From the NCBI GenBank assembly GCA_963805625.1, contig CAWDVE010000010.1:128001-192000 (forward strand): a DNA stretch of 64,000 nt, given 5' to 3'. Below the pieces are notes generated by a model. The model did not search any database. It was given only the letters and a program-made list of their open reading frames with translations, and was not told the origin of the DNA. The stretch is from an uncultured Candidatus Rokubacteria bacterium (GTDB lineage Bacteria > Methylomirabilota > Methylomirabilia > Rokubacteriales > DASRDR01). Shown one piece after another: positions 35,250 through 44,442 of this stretch. Every line of letters begins with the position of its first letter. The stretch's first letter is position 1. The translations under genes and the position numbers were made by a program.

Positions 35250-36166
35250 GCGCGCGCATCCTGGAGGGCCGGATTGCCGTGATCACGGGCGGCGGCCGGG
35301 GAATCGGGCGGGAGATCGCCCTCCTGATGGCCGCGTCGGGTGCCCGCGTCGTCGTGAACGATCTTGGCGGCGCCGCGGACGGCAGCGGCGGAGCCGCGTC
35401 TCCCGCCGAGGACGTCGTGCGCGAGATCCAGGCCACGGGCGGGCAGGCCGTGGCGAGCTCCGAGTCCGTGACCACGATGGCGGGCGGGGCGCGGATCGTC
35501 GAGACCGCGGTCGACCATTTCGGGCGGGTCGACATCGTGGTGAACAATGCCGGGATCGTCCGCGACCGGATGATCTTCAACATGACCGAGGAGGAGTGGG
35601 ACGCGGTCATCGCCGTCCACCTCAAGGGTAGCTTCGCCCTGACCCGGGCGGCCGCTCCGCGCTTTCGCGAGCAGCGATGGGGGCGATTCATCAACATGAC
35701 GTCGACCTCGGGTCTCGTCGGCAACGTGGGTCAGGCGAACTACGCCGCGGCGAAGCTCGGGATCGTGGGGCTCACTCGCGTGACCGCCCTCGACATGGCG
35801 CGGTACAACGTGACGGCGAACTGCATCTCGCCGTTCGCCTGGACGCGGCTCATCGGCACGATTCCGACCGACACGCCCGAGCAGAAGGCTCGGGTCGCCA
35901 AGCTCGAGAAGATGTCGCCCCGCGACGTCGCGCCGATGGCCGTCTATCTCGCCTCGGACGACGCGGGTGAGGTGAGCGGGCAGATCTTCGGCGTGCGCGG
36001 CAAGGAGATCTTCCTGTTCTCCCAGCCGCGCCCGGTGCGCGCGATCCACCGGCACGACGGCTGGACGCCCGAGCGTCTGGCCGAGACCTTCCGAGGCACC
36101 CTCGGGCACCACCTGGTGCCGCTCGAGAGCTCGGCCCAGTACTTCAGCTACGACCCCCTCGTCTGA
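35246..36166 (+). CDS. SDR, 3-hydroxyacyl-CoA dehydrogenase-like
   Basis: ITGGGRGIG, VVVNDLG, NNAGIVRD and NYAAAK motifs; GTGA overlap with selD. Confidence 0.92.
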   Translation: MSARILEGRIAVITGGGRGIGREIALLMAASGARVVVNDLGGAADGSGGAASPAEDVVREIQATGGQAVASSESVTTMAGGARIVETAVDHFGRVDIVVNNAGIVRDRMIFNMTEEEWDAVIAVHLKGSFALTRAAAPRFREQRWGRFINMTSTSGLVGNVGQANYAAAKLGIVGLTRVTALDMARYNVTANCISPFAWTRLIGTIPTDTPEQKARVAKLEKMSPRDVAPMAVYLASDDAGEVSGQIFGVRGKEIFLFSQPRPVRAIHRHDGWTPERLAETFRGTLGHHLVPLESSAQYFSYDPLV

Positions 36167-38129
36167 TGCGGGGGGCGGGCGCCGGCGCCCGTCCGCGCAC
36201 GACCCACGCGAGCCAGACGCCCGCCCCGATGATGAAGAGCGTCAAGGCGCTCCACTCGAGCCAGCCCTCGGAGTAGACGAGCTCCGCCTCGAAGAGGTCG
36301 ACCGGGACGCGGAACTCGAGTAGGCCCCAGTTGTCCACCCGGGTCTCGAGGCGACCCGCGGCGCTCTTGACCCGCCAGAGCGGGTAGGCCGCGATGCCGG
36401 TGGGGATCCATACGCCGCCCGTCGGGGAGACGAGGACACGGTAGCGCCGCGAGGTGATCCGCTCGACGCGCGGCCAGGGGCGGTCTCGCCGCTCGAAGAG
36501 GGTGAAACCCGCCGCATCGCCGGCTGGCGCGTATTCGGGGCCAAGAAAGCGAGCCCGGGCCGCGTCGCCCGCCCGGACGACGACGGTGCCGATGCGGAGC
36601 CTCCGGGCGAACCGGTCGAAGCTCGCCGCGGAGAGACGGTCCCACGGCTCGCCGAGGAGGCGCTGGCCGTCGAGGCGCTCGGCGAGGGTCAGAAGCCGTG
36701 CGGGCGGCACCGCCTGGCCGGTGTAGAAGCGCGCGGCCATGGGCGAAGGATGGGTGAACGTCCCGTTCACTATCTCGCGGCCGGCCCGGAGGGGCACGAG
36801 GCTGGTGACGTGGCTGTGGGAGGCGTACCACGCCGGACTGTTGTCGAGCTTGAGCGAAGACGTGAGGAAGAGGACGCGGTCCGTCCCGCCGCGGAGCGCG
36901 CTCCAGAGTCGGTCGAGGTGATGGCGGCGCGTCACCTCTTCCAGCGTGGGCCACTCGTCCGCCGCGGGCCAGACGGCAAGCGTGGGCGGTTGCGCCCCGC
37001 GGTCAGGGAGAAGCGCCGCCAACGCGATCACCAGCAGCACGACGAGGGGTCGGCTCCGAGGGTCCGCCCGAGCAGGGACGAGCCGGTCGACGACGACGCC
37101 GGCGCCGAGCCCGCCTGCCCAGACCGAGGCCTGTACAATCCCGTCGAGGAGGCGCTGAGGCTCGACCGCGAGCCAGCCTCGCGGGAAGAGCCAGACGTCG
37201 CCGAGGAAGAGCGCCGCGAGCGCGAGCGGCAGCCCCGCGAGCAGCGCGTCGAAGGGTCGCCGCCGGATCCCGACCGCGATCCAGGCCGTCAGCGCCGTCA
37301 TGCCGAGGGCCAGGAGCACCGGTCGCCCCGGAAGGTCACCGGGGAGCCCGAGAGAGAGGTCGCCCCAGGCCAGCGGCACCACCCAGGCGTGCCGAACGGC
37401 GAACGGCAGGCTCCAGAAAGCCGTCAGAGCGAGGGTGAAGCCCACCGTCGAGCCAGCCTGCCAGATGGTCCGTCGCTCGGGCCGGGCCAGAAACGACAGG
37501 GCCGTCGCGAGACCGAAGAGGGCCAGCACGGACGGGAGCGTGGAAGGGTGGGACAGGATCGCCAGGGCGGCGAGGGGTGGCGCCCAGCGCGGAAGGCGGC
37601 CACCCTCGACCCAGGGACGCAGCGCGAGGGCGAGGAGAGGCAGCCAGGCCAGACCGAGACGGGTCGTGAGAGTTCCCCATCGAAGCCCGGCCTCCACGCC
37701 TCCCCGGAGGTCCGCGGAGAGCGTGAGCGCGAGGAACGCCCCGGGCAGGGCCAGCCACCGGTCACCCAGCACGCGCGCGAGGAGCGCGTAGGTCGTGACT
37801 CCCGGGGCGAGGAAGACGACCGCGCACAGGAGGCGGTACACCGTCTCGACCGACGGTCGCCAGATTAACACCGCCCGGATAGCGGCCCCCACGAGCGCGA
37901 TTCCGGGGGGATAGAACTGGAGTTCCGGATACCCGCCCCACCAGTCGGGATTCCAGTCGGCGGTCCAGGTGGCCGAGGGCAGGGAGCGATCGAGCGCGTG
38001 CCAGAGCCGGAAGAGTTGTCCCGGATGGTCGTCGAACACCGGGACGCCCCGCCCGAGGGCGACGTAGGCGAACGCGCCGCCATATAGGAGGAGCAGGAGT
38101 AGCGGCGCCTCGCGCCGCAGGGCCCTCAT
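36144..38129 (-). CDS. Polytopic membrane protein, GT-C-like (PTPS-related membrane domain family)
   Basis: DDHPGQ and WNPDWWGGYPELQFYPPG motifs, many TM helices, soluble C-terminal domain. Confidence 0.7.
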   Translation of the reverse strand: MRALRREAPLLLLLLYGGAFAYVALGRGVPVFDDHPGQLFRLWHALDRSLPSATWTADWNPDWWGGYPELQFYPPGIALVGAAIRAVLIWRPSVETVYRLLCAVVFLAPGVTTYALLARVLGDRWLALPGAFLALTLSADLRGGVEAGLRWGTLTTRLGLAWLPLLALALRPWVEGGRLPRWAPPLAALAILSHPSTLPSVLALFGLATALSFLARPERRTIWQAGSTVGFTLALTAFWSLPFAVRHAWVVPLAWGDLSLGLPGDLPGRPVLLALGMTALTAWIAVGIRRRPFDALLAGLPLALAALFLGDVWLFPRGWLAVEPQRLLDGIVQASVWAGGLGAGVVVDRLVPARADPRSRPLVVLLVIALAALLPDRGAQPPTLAVWPAADEWPTLEEVTRRHHLDRLWSALRGGTDRVLFLTSSLKLDNSPAWYASHSHVTSLVPLRAGREIVNGTFTHPSPMAARFYTGQAVPPARLLTLAERLDGQRLLGEPWDRLSAASFDRFARRLRIGTVVVRAGDAARARFLGPEYAPAGDAAGFTLFERRDRPWPRVERITSRRYRVLVSPTGGVWIPTGIAAYPLWRVKSAAGRLETRVDNWGLLEFRVPVDLFEAELVYSEGWLEWSALTLFIIGAGVWLAWVVRGRAPAPAPRIRRGGRS

Positions 38130-38318
38130 GGGGGCATCGTACTATCGAGCCGCACACGGACGGTCGGGTCTCGGCGCGTCCGGGCGGAGTGGTCGAACAG
38201 CCCTTCCTTGGTGTGAGCAGTTCGTTGACGCCTCCGGGGGGGCATGGTAAATGTCTCTGGTCCGCGTCGGGACCCGATCTCGTTGAGTGGGGCTCAAATC
38301 CCCCGGAGGACCCGGCTC

Positions 38319-39566
38319 ATGACTCATGTCCGAGGGCTCGTCTGCCGCGAGTGTGGCCGCGGTGTTGCGCAGAGCCCGGTCCACGTCTGCGAGTACTGCT
38401 TCGGCCCCCTCGAGGTCGACTACGACTATCCGGCGATCCGCGCGATCCTGACACGCGACCGCATCGCGGCGGGCCCCTCGAGCATCTGGCGCTACCGCGA
38501 TCTCCTGCCGCTCGACGGCGAGCCCCTGGTCGGTCGCCACGTGGGCATGACGCCGCTGGTGCGCGCGCGGAACCTCGGGGACGCATGGGGACTCCGGGAG
38601 CTCTACCTCAAGAACGACGCGGTCTGCCACCCCACCTGGTCCTTTAAGGATCGCGTGGTCTCCGTGGCCGTGAACAAGGCCAGGGAACTCGGCCTCGGCC
38701 CGGTCGCGTGCGCCTCGACGGGGAACCTCGCCAACTCGGTCGCGGCCCACGCCGCCGAGGCGGGCCTACCCGCCTTCGTGTTCATCCCGGTCGGGCTCGA
38801 GGCCGGCAAGGTTCTCGGGACGCTCGTCTACGGACCGGTCGTGTTCGCCGTGGAAGGCACCTACGATGACGTCAACCGCCTGTGCTCGGAGCTCGCCGAT
38901 CGCCATCCCTGGGCCTTCGTCAACGTGAACCTCCGACCCTACTACGCCGAGGGATCCAAGACGGTGGGCTACGAGATCGCCGAGCAGCTGGGCTGGCGCG
39001 CGCCCGCTCACGTGGTCGTTCCGTGCGCCGGCGGCGCCCTCCTGACCAAGATCCGGAAGGCCTTCGCCGAGCTCGCGGACCTCGGTCTCACGGACGGGGG
39101 ACTGCCGCGGATGCACGCGGCGCAGCCGGCCGGCTGCGGGCCCATCGTGACGATGATCCGCGAGGGCGCCGACGTTCTCGTGCCGGTGCGCCCGCGGACG
39201 GTGGCCAAGTCGCTTGCCATCGGGAATCCCGCCGACGGCTACTACGCCGCCCAGGCCGTCCGGGAGTCCGGTGGCTGGGCGGCGCACGCGACGGACGATG
39301 AGATCGTCGAGGCCATGGAGCTTCTGGCCCGGTCCGAGGGGATCTTCGCCGAGACGGCCGGGGGCGTGACCCTGGCCGCCACACGGAAGCTCGTGGCCGA
39401 AGGTTGCATCGGGCGCGACGAGCCGATCGTCGTCTGCATCACGGGAAGTGGTCTGAAGACCGTCGAAGCCCTGGAGCACCGGCTGGCCGAGCCGATGCAC
39501 GTCGCCGCGAGCCTCTCTGCCGTCGAGGCCGTGCTGCCGGAGCTCCAGGCGATCACCGCACGCTAG
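38319..39566 (+). CDS. Threonine synthase-like PLP enzyme with N-terminal Zn ribbon
   Basis: CRECG...CEYC, PTWSFKDR, CASTGN, EGSKT, SLAIGNP and TGSGLK motifs. Confidence 0.9.
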   Translation: MTHVRGLVCRECGRGVAQSPVHVCEYCFGPLEVDYDYPAIRAILTRDRIAAGPSSIWRYRDLLPLDGEPLVGRHVGMTPLVRARNLGDAWGLRELYLKNDAVCHPTWSFKDRVVSVAVNKARELGLGPVACASTGNLANSVAAHAAEAGLPAFVFIPVGLEAGKVLGTLVYGPVVFAVEGTYDDVNRLCSELADRHPWAFVNVNLRPYYAEGSKTVGYEIAEQLGWRAPAHVVVPCAGGALLTKIRKAFAELADLGLTDGGLPRMHAAQPAGCGPIVTMIREGADVLVPVRPRTVAKSLAIGNPADGYYAAQAVRESGGWAAHATDDEIVEAMELLARSEGIFAETAGGVTLAATRKLVAEGCIGRDEPIVVCITGSGLKTVEALEHRLAEPMHVAASLSAVEAVLPELQAITAR

Positions 39567-39578
39567 GAGGATCCGAGA

Positions 39579-39857
39579 ATGTCAGTGCTCGTCCGCATTC
39601 CCACGCCGCTCCGCCGGCACACCGGCGGGACGGGAGAGGTTTACGCCAAGGGCAAGGACGTCGGGGAGCTGGTTGACGACCTCGAGCGGCAGTTCCCCGG
39701 ACTCCGCGACCGCCTCTGCGACGAGACGGGCGATTTCCGGAAGTTCATCAACATCTATGTCAACCAGGAGGACGTTCGCTTCCTCCAGGGACGGGAGAGC
39801 CTGGTCAAGGACGGCGACGAGGTCTCCATCGTCCCCGCGATCGCCGGAGGCTGGTAG
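39579..39857 (+). CDS. MoaD/ThiS/CysO-type sulfur carrier protein ending GG-W
   Basis: VRIPTPLR, INIYVN.EDVR and SIVPAIAGGW then stop. Confidence 0.92.
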   Translation: MSVLVRIPTPLRRHTGGTGEVYAKGKDVGELVDDLERQFPGLRDRLCDETGDFRKFINIYVNQEDVRFLQGRESLVKDGDEVSIVPAIAGGW

Positions 39858-39885
39858 CCGTTCCGGTCGGAGGGGCCAGCCGGCC

Positions 39886-40671
39886 GTGAGCATTCGCTTC
39901 CAGTTCTCCGAGGCCGAGCTCCGTCGCTACAGCCGGCAGATGATCCTGCCGGAGGTGGGCGGAGCGGGGCAGGCGCGTCTCCGGCAGGCGCGCGTGGTCG
40001 TGGTGGGCGCCGGAGGACTGGGCTCGCCGGCGGCGCTCTACCTGGCGGCGGCGGGCGTTGGCACGCTCGGGCTGATCGACTCCGACCGCGTCGACCTGTC
40101 CAACCTCCAGCGTCAGATCCTTCACGGCACCAAGGCCCTCGACCTGCCCAAGGTGACGTCCGCGCAGGGGCGGCTGGAAGAGCTAAACCCGGACGTACGC
40201 GTGGTGCCCCACGCGCTTCGCCTCGACCGGGACAACGCTCCGGGCGTCCTCGGGCAATACGACGTCGTGGTTGAGGGTTCCGACAACCTCGAGACCAAGC
40301 TTGTCGTCAACGACGCGTGCGTCGCGCTCGGTCGGCCGCTGGTCGTGGCGGGCATCCTCCGCTGGGACGGACAACTCCTGGTCGTGCGCCCGGGTTCGAG
40401 CGCCTGCTACCGCTGCGTCTACCGGCGGGAGGCGCCGGAGGGGACCGTGCCGAGCTGCGAGGCGGCCGGCATCGTGGGGCCGGTGGCAGGTGTTGTGGGG
40501 AGCCTCCAGGCCGTCGAGGCTCTGAAGCTCTGCCTCGGTCTCGACAGCGCGGCGACCGGGCGTCTCCTGCTGTACGATGGCGCGGTGGCGGAGGTTCGCG
40601 CTATCACGGTGCGGCCGGATCCCACATGCCCGGCCTGCGGTACCTTGCGTTCGAAGGAGCGAGCACACTGA
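39886..40671 (+). CDS. MoeB/ThiF family adenylyltransferase
   Basis: RYSRQ, GAGGLG, SNLQRQ, CYRC and CPAC motifs. Confidence 0.93.
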   Translation: MSIRFQFSEAELRRYSRQMILPEVGGAGQARLRQARVVVVGAGGLGSPAALYLAAAGVGTLGLIDSDRVDLSNLQRQILHGTKALDLPKVTSAQGRLEELNPDVRVVPHALRLDRDNAPGVLGQYDVVVEGSDNLETKLVVNDACVALGRPLVVAGILRWDGQLLVVRPGSSACYRCVYRREAPEGTVPSCEAAGIVGPVAGVVGSLQAVEALKLCLGLDSAATGRLLLYDGAVAEVRAITVRPDPTCPACGTLRSKERAH

Positions 40672-41840
40672 TGATCTCCAAGCGCGTCCAGGGCTTCACC
40701 GAGTCCGTGATTCGCGAGATGACCCGGGTCAGTGCCCAGTACGGCGGGGTCAACCTCGCCCAGGGCTTCCCGAACTTCCCGCCGCCCCGGGTGCTGGTCG
40801 AGGCGGCGCACCGGGCGCTCGACGGGGACTTCCACCAGTACGCGATCACCTGGGGCGCACGGAACCTCCGCGAGGCGATCGCGGCGAAGTTCGAGCGCTT
40901 CTACGGCCCTCGCGTCGACCCGGAGCGACAGGTGACCGTGTGCTGCGGCTCGACGGAGGCGATGCTGTCGACGCTCCTCGCCGTCCTCGACCCCGGCGAC
41001 GAGATCGTCATCTTCGAGCCGTTCTACGAGAATTACGGGCCGGGCGCGATCATCTCCGGCGCGAAGCCCGTCTTCGTGCCGCTCGAGCCGCCCGATTTCT
41101 CCTTCGACCCCGATCGCCTGGCGCGCGCCTTCACGCCGCGGACGCGGGCGATCGTGTTCAACAGCCCGAACAATCCGACGGGCAAGGTGTTCTCGCTCCG
41201 CGAGCTCGAGATCATCGCCGAGCTGTGCCAGCGGCACGACGTGCTCGCGATCACCGACGAGATCTACGAGCACATGGTCTACGACGGCCTCCGACACATC
41301 CCCATCGCCACGCTCCCGGGAATGGCGGATCGCACGGTCACGATCTCGGGGATCTCCAAGTCCTACTCGGTCACGGGCTGGCGGATCGGCTACACGATCA
41401 GCTCGCCGGAGCTCGCGGTCGGCATCCGCCGGGCCCACGACTTCGTCACGGTGGGGGCGCCCGCACCGCTGCAGGAGGCGGCGGTGACTGCCCTCAACCT
41501 CCCGATGGCGTACTACGACACCCTCCGCGATGCTTACCAGGCGCGCCGGGACTTGCTCCGGGGTCTTCTGGACAAGGCCGGGTTCAAGACCTTTGAACCG
41601 CGTGGCGCGTACTATATCCTCACCGAGTGCGATCACTTCCTCGAGCGCTACGGCCTGCCCGACGACACGGCGTTCGCCATGTACCTCATCAAGGAGGTGG
41701 GTGTGGCGACGGTGCCGGGATCGTCCTTCTACGCGCACCCGGAGCTCGGGCGCACGAAGATCCGCTTCTGCTTCCCGAAGACGGACGACGTGCTCCTCGA
41801 CGCGGGCCAGCGCCTTCAGCGCCTTCCGGCCGGCAGGTAG
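40671..41840 (+). CDS. Class I/II PLP aminotransferase (YbdL/MtnE-like)
   Basis: NLAQGFP, PNNPTG, DEIYE and SKSYSVTGWRIG motifs. Confidence 0.92.
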   Translation: MISKRVQGFTESVIREMTRVSAQYGGVNLAQGFPNFPPPRVLVEAAHRALDGDFHQYAITWGARNLREAIAAKFERFYGPRVDPERQVTVCCGSTEAMLSTLLAVLDPGDEIVIFEPFYENYGPGAIISGAKPVFVPLEPPDFSFDPDRLARAFTPRTRAIVFNSPNNPTGKVFSLRELEIIAELCQRHDVLAITDEIYEHMVYDGLRHIPIATLPGMADRTVTISGISKSYSVTGWRIGYTISSPELAVGIRRAHDFVTVGAPAPLQEAAVTALNLPMAYYDTLRDAYQARRDLLRGLLDKAGFKTFEPRGAYYILTECDHFLERYGLPDDTAFAMYLIKEVGVATVPGSSFYAHPELGRTKIRFCFPKTDDVLLDAGQRLQRLPAGR

Positions 41841-41891
41841 TCCGCTTCTTGACCCATCCGCCGCGCGGCCGGTGCCCTCACGGTTCCGGAC

Positions 41892-43223
41892 GTGGCTGAT
41901 CTCGCAGAACTCCGGCGCGCGGCGCGACGGATCTTCGACGCGGCGATCACCGCGGGGGATGCGAACCGCCTGACGCGGCAGGCGCTCTCCCGCGAGGGTT
42001 CGCGCCTCCGCATCGGGGACCGCGTTCTCGACCTCGCCCGCGTCCGCCGGGTCGTCGTCGTCGGTGCCGGCAAGGCCTCGGGGATGATGGCCGAGGCGGC
42101 GGAGGCGGTGCTTGACGGCGTCCTCGTCGAGGGGTTGGTCGCAGTGAAGAACAGTCTTGAGCCAAGCCCGCGGCGAGTCCGTGTTGTCGAAGCGTGGCAT
42201 CCCATCCCCGATGAGCGGGGCAGAGCCGCGGGAGAAGAGATCCTGCACCTCGCCAGCGACGCCGGACCTGACGACCTGGTCCTCTGCCTGATGTCGGGGG
42301 GCGGATCGGCACTCACGCCCGCGCCGGTCCTCGGAGTAAGCCTTGCCGAGAAGCAGGCCGTGACGCGTCTCCTCCTCGAGGCGGGGGCTACGATCAACGA
42401 GCTGAACGCGGTCCGAAAACACCTCTCGCGCCTCAAGGGAGGCCAGCTGGCGCGAGCGGCGCACCCGGCCCCGGTCGTCGCCCTCTTGCTGTCCGACGTG
42501 ATCGGCGACCCGCTGGACGTGATCGCCTCCGGGCCGACCGCGCCCGATCCGACCACCTACGACGACGCCCTGGCGGTGCTGGACCGCTTTGGGCTCCGCG
42601 TCCGGGTGCCGGTGGCGGTGCGGGCCCATCTCGAGGCCGGCGCGCGCGGCGAGGTGGCGGAGACGCCGAAGCCGGGCGACCCGGCGCTGGCCGGCGTCAC
42701 GAACGTGGTGATCGGGAACAACGGGCTCGTCGTCAACGCGGCGGTTGAGGAGGCGCGACGGCTCGGGTTCACGCCCTGCCTCTTGACTCGGTGCCTCCAG
42801 GGCGAGGCGCGTGAGGTGGCCGGCGTGTTCGCGGCCGTCCTCGACGAGATCGCGCGGAGCGGCTCGCCGGTTGGGCGGCCGGCCTGCCTGATCGCCGGAG
42901 GCGAGACCACCGTGACTGTCCGGGGACGTGGCACCGGAGGGCGGTGCCAGGAGTTCGCGCTGGCCCTCGTGCCCGGGCTGGCGGCCATGCGCGATGTCGT
43001 CGTCCTCGCAGCCGGGACGGACGGAAGCGACGGGCCGACGGACGCCGCCGGTGCCATTGTGGATCCCGTCACGCTCGAGCGGTCACGCGGGCAGGGACTC
43101 GACGTCCGACGAGCCCTGGCCGAGAACGACTCCCATACCATCTTCGCCGCGCTCGGAGACCTGGTGGTGACTGGGCCGACGGGGTCGAACCTGATGGACG
43201 TGTATCTCGGTGTCGTCGGCTAG
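41892..43223 (+). CDS. Glycerate 2-kinase (MOFRL family)
   Basis: GAGKA, SGGGSAL, ELNAVRKHLS, IASGPT, GGET, GTDG.DG and TGPTGSN motifs. Confidence 0.92.
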   Translation: MADLAELRRAARRIFDAAITAGDANRLTRQALSREGSRLRIGDRVLDLARVRRVVVVGAGKASGMMAEAAEAVLDGVLVEGLVAVKNSLEPSPRRVRVVEAWHPIPDERGRAAGEEILHLASDAGPDDLVLCLMSGGGSALTPAPVLGVSLAEKQAVTRLLLEAGATINELNAVRKHLSRLKGGQLARAAHPAPVVALLLSDVIGDPLDVIASGPTAPDPTTYDDALAVLDRFGLRVRVPVAVRAHLEAGARGEVAETPKPGDPALAGVTNVVIGNNGLVVNAAVEEARRLGFTPCLLTRCLQGEAREVAGVFAAVLDEIARSGSPVGRPACLIAGGETTVTVRGRGTGGRCQEFALALVPGLAAMRDVVVLAAGTDGSDGPTDAAGAIVDPVTLERSRGQGLDVRRALAENDSHTIFAALGDLVVTGPTGSNLMDVYLGVVG

Positions 43224-43409
43224 GCGCTGTTCGCCTCGGCCCCGACGCCCTACCGACCGCGAGCGCAATGCTGACGAATTGAGCGAAGCGGTGTGGGACC
43301 CTTGTACGGCGTGAACTTGCGCGGGTTGCCCACGTGTTATCCACCGCCACCGCACGGAAACGGTGGATGGTTTGACCTCCTTGCACCCTTTCGGTATCTT
43401 GAGGGCGCC

Positions 43410-44432
43410 ATGTCCGCGACGAACCTGCTCGAATTGACTCCCGATGAGATCGTGACGCTCGTCGAGGGTCTCGGGCAGCCGGCGTACCGTGGGCGCCAGC
43501 TCGCCACCTGGGTCTACATGAAGGGTGTAGCCGACTTCGGCGCGATGAGCGACCTCCCGCGCGAGCTGCGCGACCAACTGTCCGCCCTGGCCGTCGTCTC
43601 GCCGCCTGACATCAGTGAGCGCCACGTCTCCCGAGACGGGAGCATCAAGCTCGGGCTCCGGCTCGGCGACGACCGGATGATCCAGTCGGTGGTGATGCCT
43701 GACGGCGACCGCCTGACGCTCTGCGTCTCGACCCAGGTCGGCTGCGGGTTCGGGTGCGCGTTCTGCCTCACCGGGACGATGGGACTCGTGCGGAACCTCA
43801 CCGCCGGCGAGATCGTCGGGCAGGTGTGGGCAGCGCGGGCCACTCTCGAGCCGGAGGCCCGGCTCACCCACGTCGTCTTCATGGGGATGGGCGAGCCTCT
43901 CGCCAACTATGCGGCGACGGTGAAGGCGCTGCGGATCCTCCTCGCGCCCCGCGGGTTCGGCTTCTCGCCGCGCCGCATTACCGTGTCCACGGTCGGCTTG
44001 GTGCAGGGCCTGGAACGCTTGGCCAAGGAGAACCTCCGTGTGAACCTGGCCATCTCGCTCCACGCCGCGACCGACGAGGTGCGGAGCGGTCTCATGCCCA
44101 TCAACCGCGGCTGGGGTCTCGACGATCTCCTGGCGGCATGCCGGCGGTTCCCCCTGCCGGTCCGCCAAAGGATGACGTTCGAGTATACGCTGCTGGACAA
44201 GGTCAACGACTCCGCGGAGGACGCCCAGCGGCTCGTGCGCCGGCTCCGCGGCCTGCGGGCCAAGGTCAACCTGATTCCGTTCAACGAGTGGCCCGGCGCC
44301 CGCTTCCGGCGGCCGCCGCCCGAGCGCATCCTGGCGTTTCAACGGGCGCTCCTCGACGCCGGCCTCACCGCCACGATCCGCTGGTCCAAGGGCGAGGACG
44401 TCGGCGCCGCGTGTGGCCAGCTCGCCTCCTAG
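43410..44432 (+). CDS. rlmN: Dual-specificity 23S rRNA/tRNA methyltransferase
   Basis: CVSTQVGCGFGCAFC, MGMGEP, FEY and AACGQL motifs; promoter TTGACC-17-TATCTT at 43372-43400. Confidence 0.95.
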   Translation: MSATNLLELTPDEIVTLVEGLGQPAYRGRQLATWVYMKGVADFGAMSDLPRELRDQLSALAVVSPPDISERHVSRDGSIKLGLRLGDDRMIQSVVMPDGDRLTLCVSTQVGCGFGCAFCLTGTMGLVRNLTAGEIVGQVWAARATLEPEARLTHVVFMGMGEPLANYAATVKALRILLAPRGFGFSPRRITVSTVGLVQGLERLAKENLRVNLAISLHAATDEVRSGLMPINRGWGLDDLLAACRRFPLPVRQRMTFEYTLLDKVNDSAEDAQRLVRRLRGLRAKVNLIPFNEWPGARFRRPPPERILAFQRALLDAGLTATIRWSKGEDVGAACGQLAS

Positions 44433-44442
44433 CGGCGACGCC

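Noticed and set aside
38140-38318. Possible SAM riboswitch or T-box upstream of the thrC-like gene
   Set aside because: I could not find the SAM-I core (AUC...GAU, AGA-GGA) or T-box motifs. Only a promoter-like TTGACG element and a short leader are visible.
43337-43368. DnaA-box-like TTATCCACC and an inverted repeat upstream of rlmN
   Set aside because: It is a single imperfect box with no AT-rich unwinding element or box cluster, so it is not an origin. At most it is a hairpin (ATCCACCG/CGGTGGAT).
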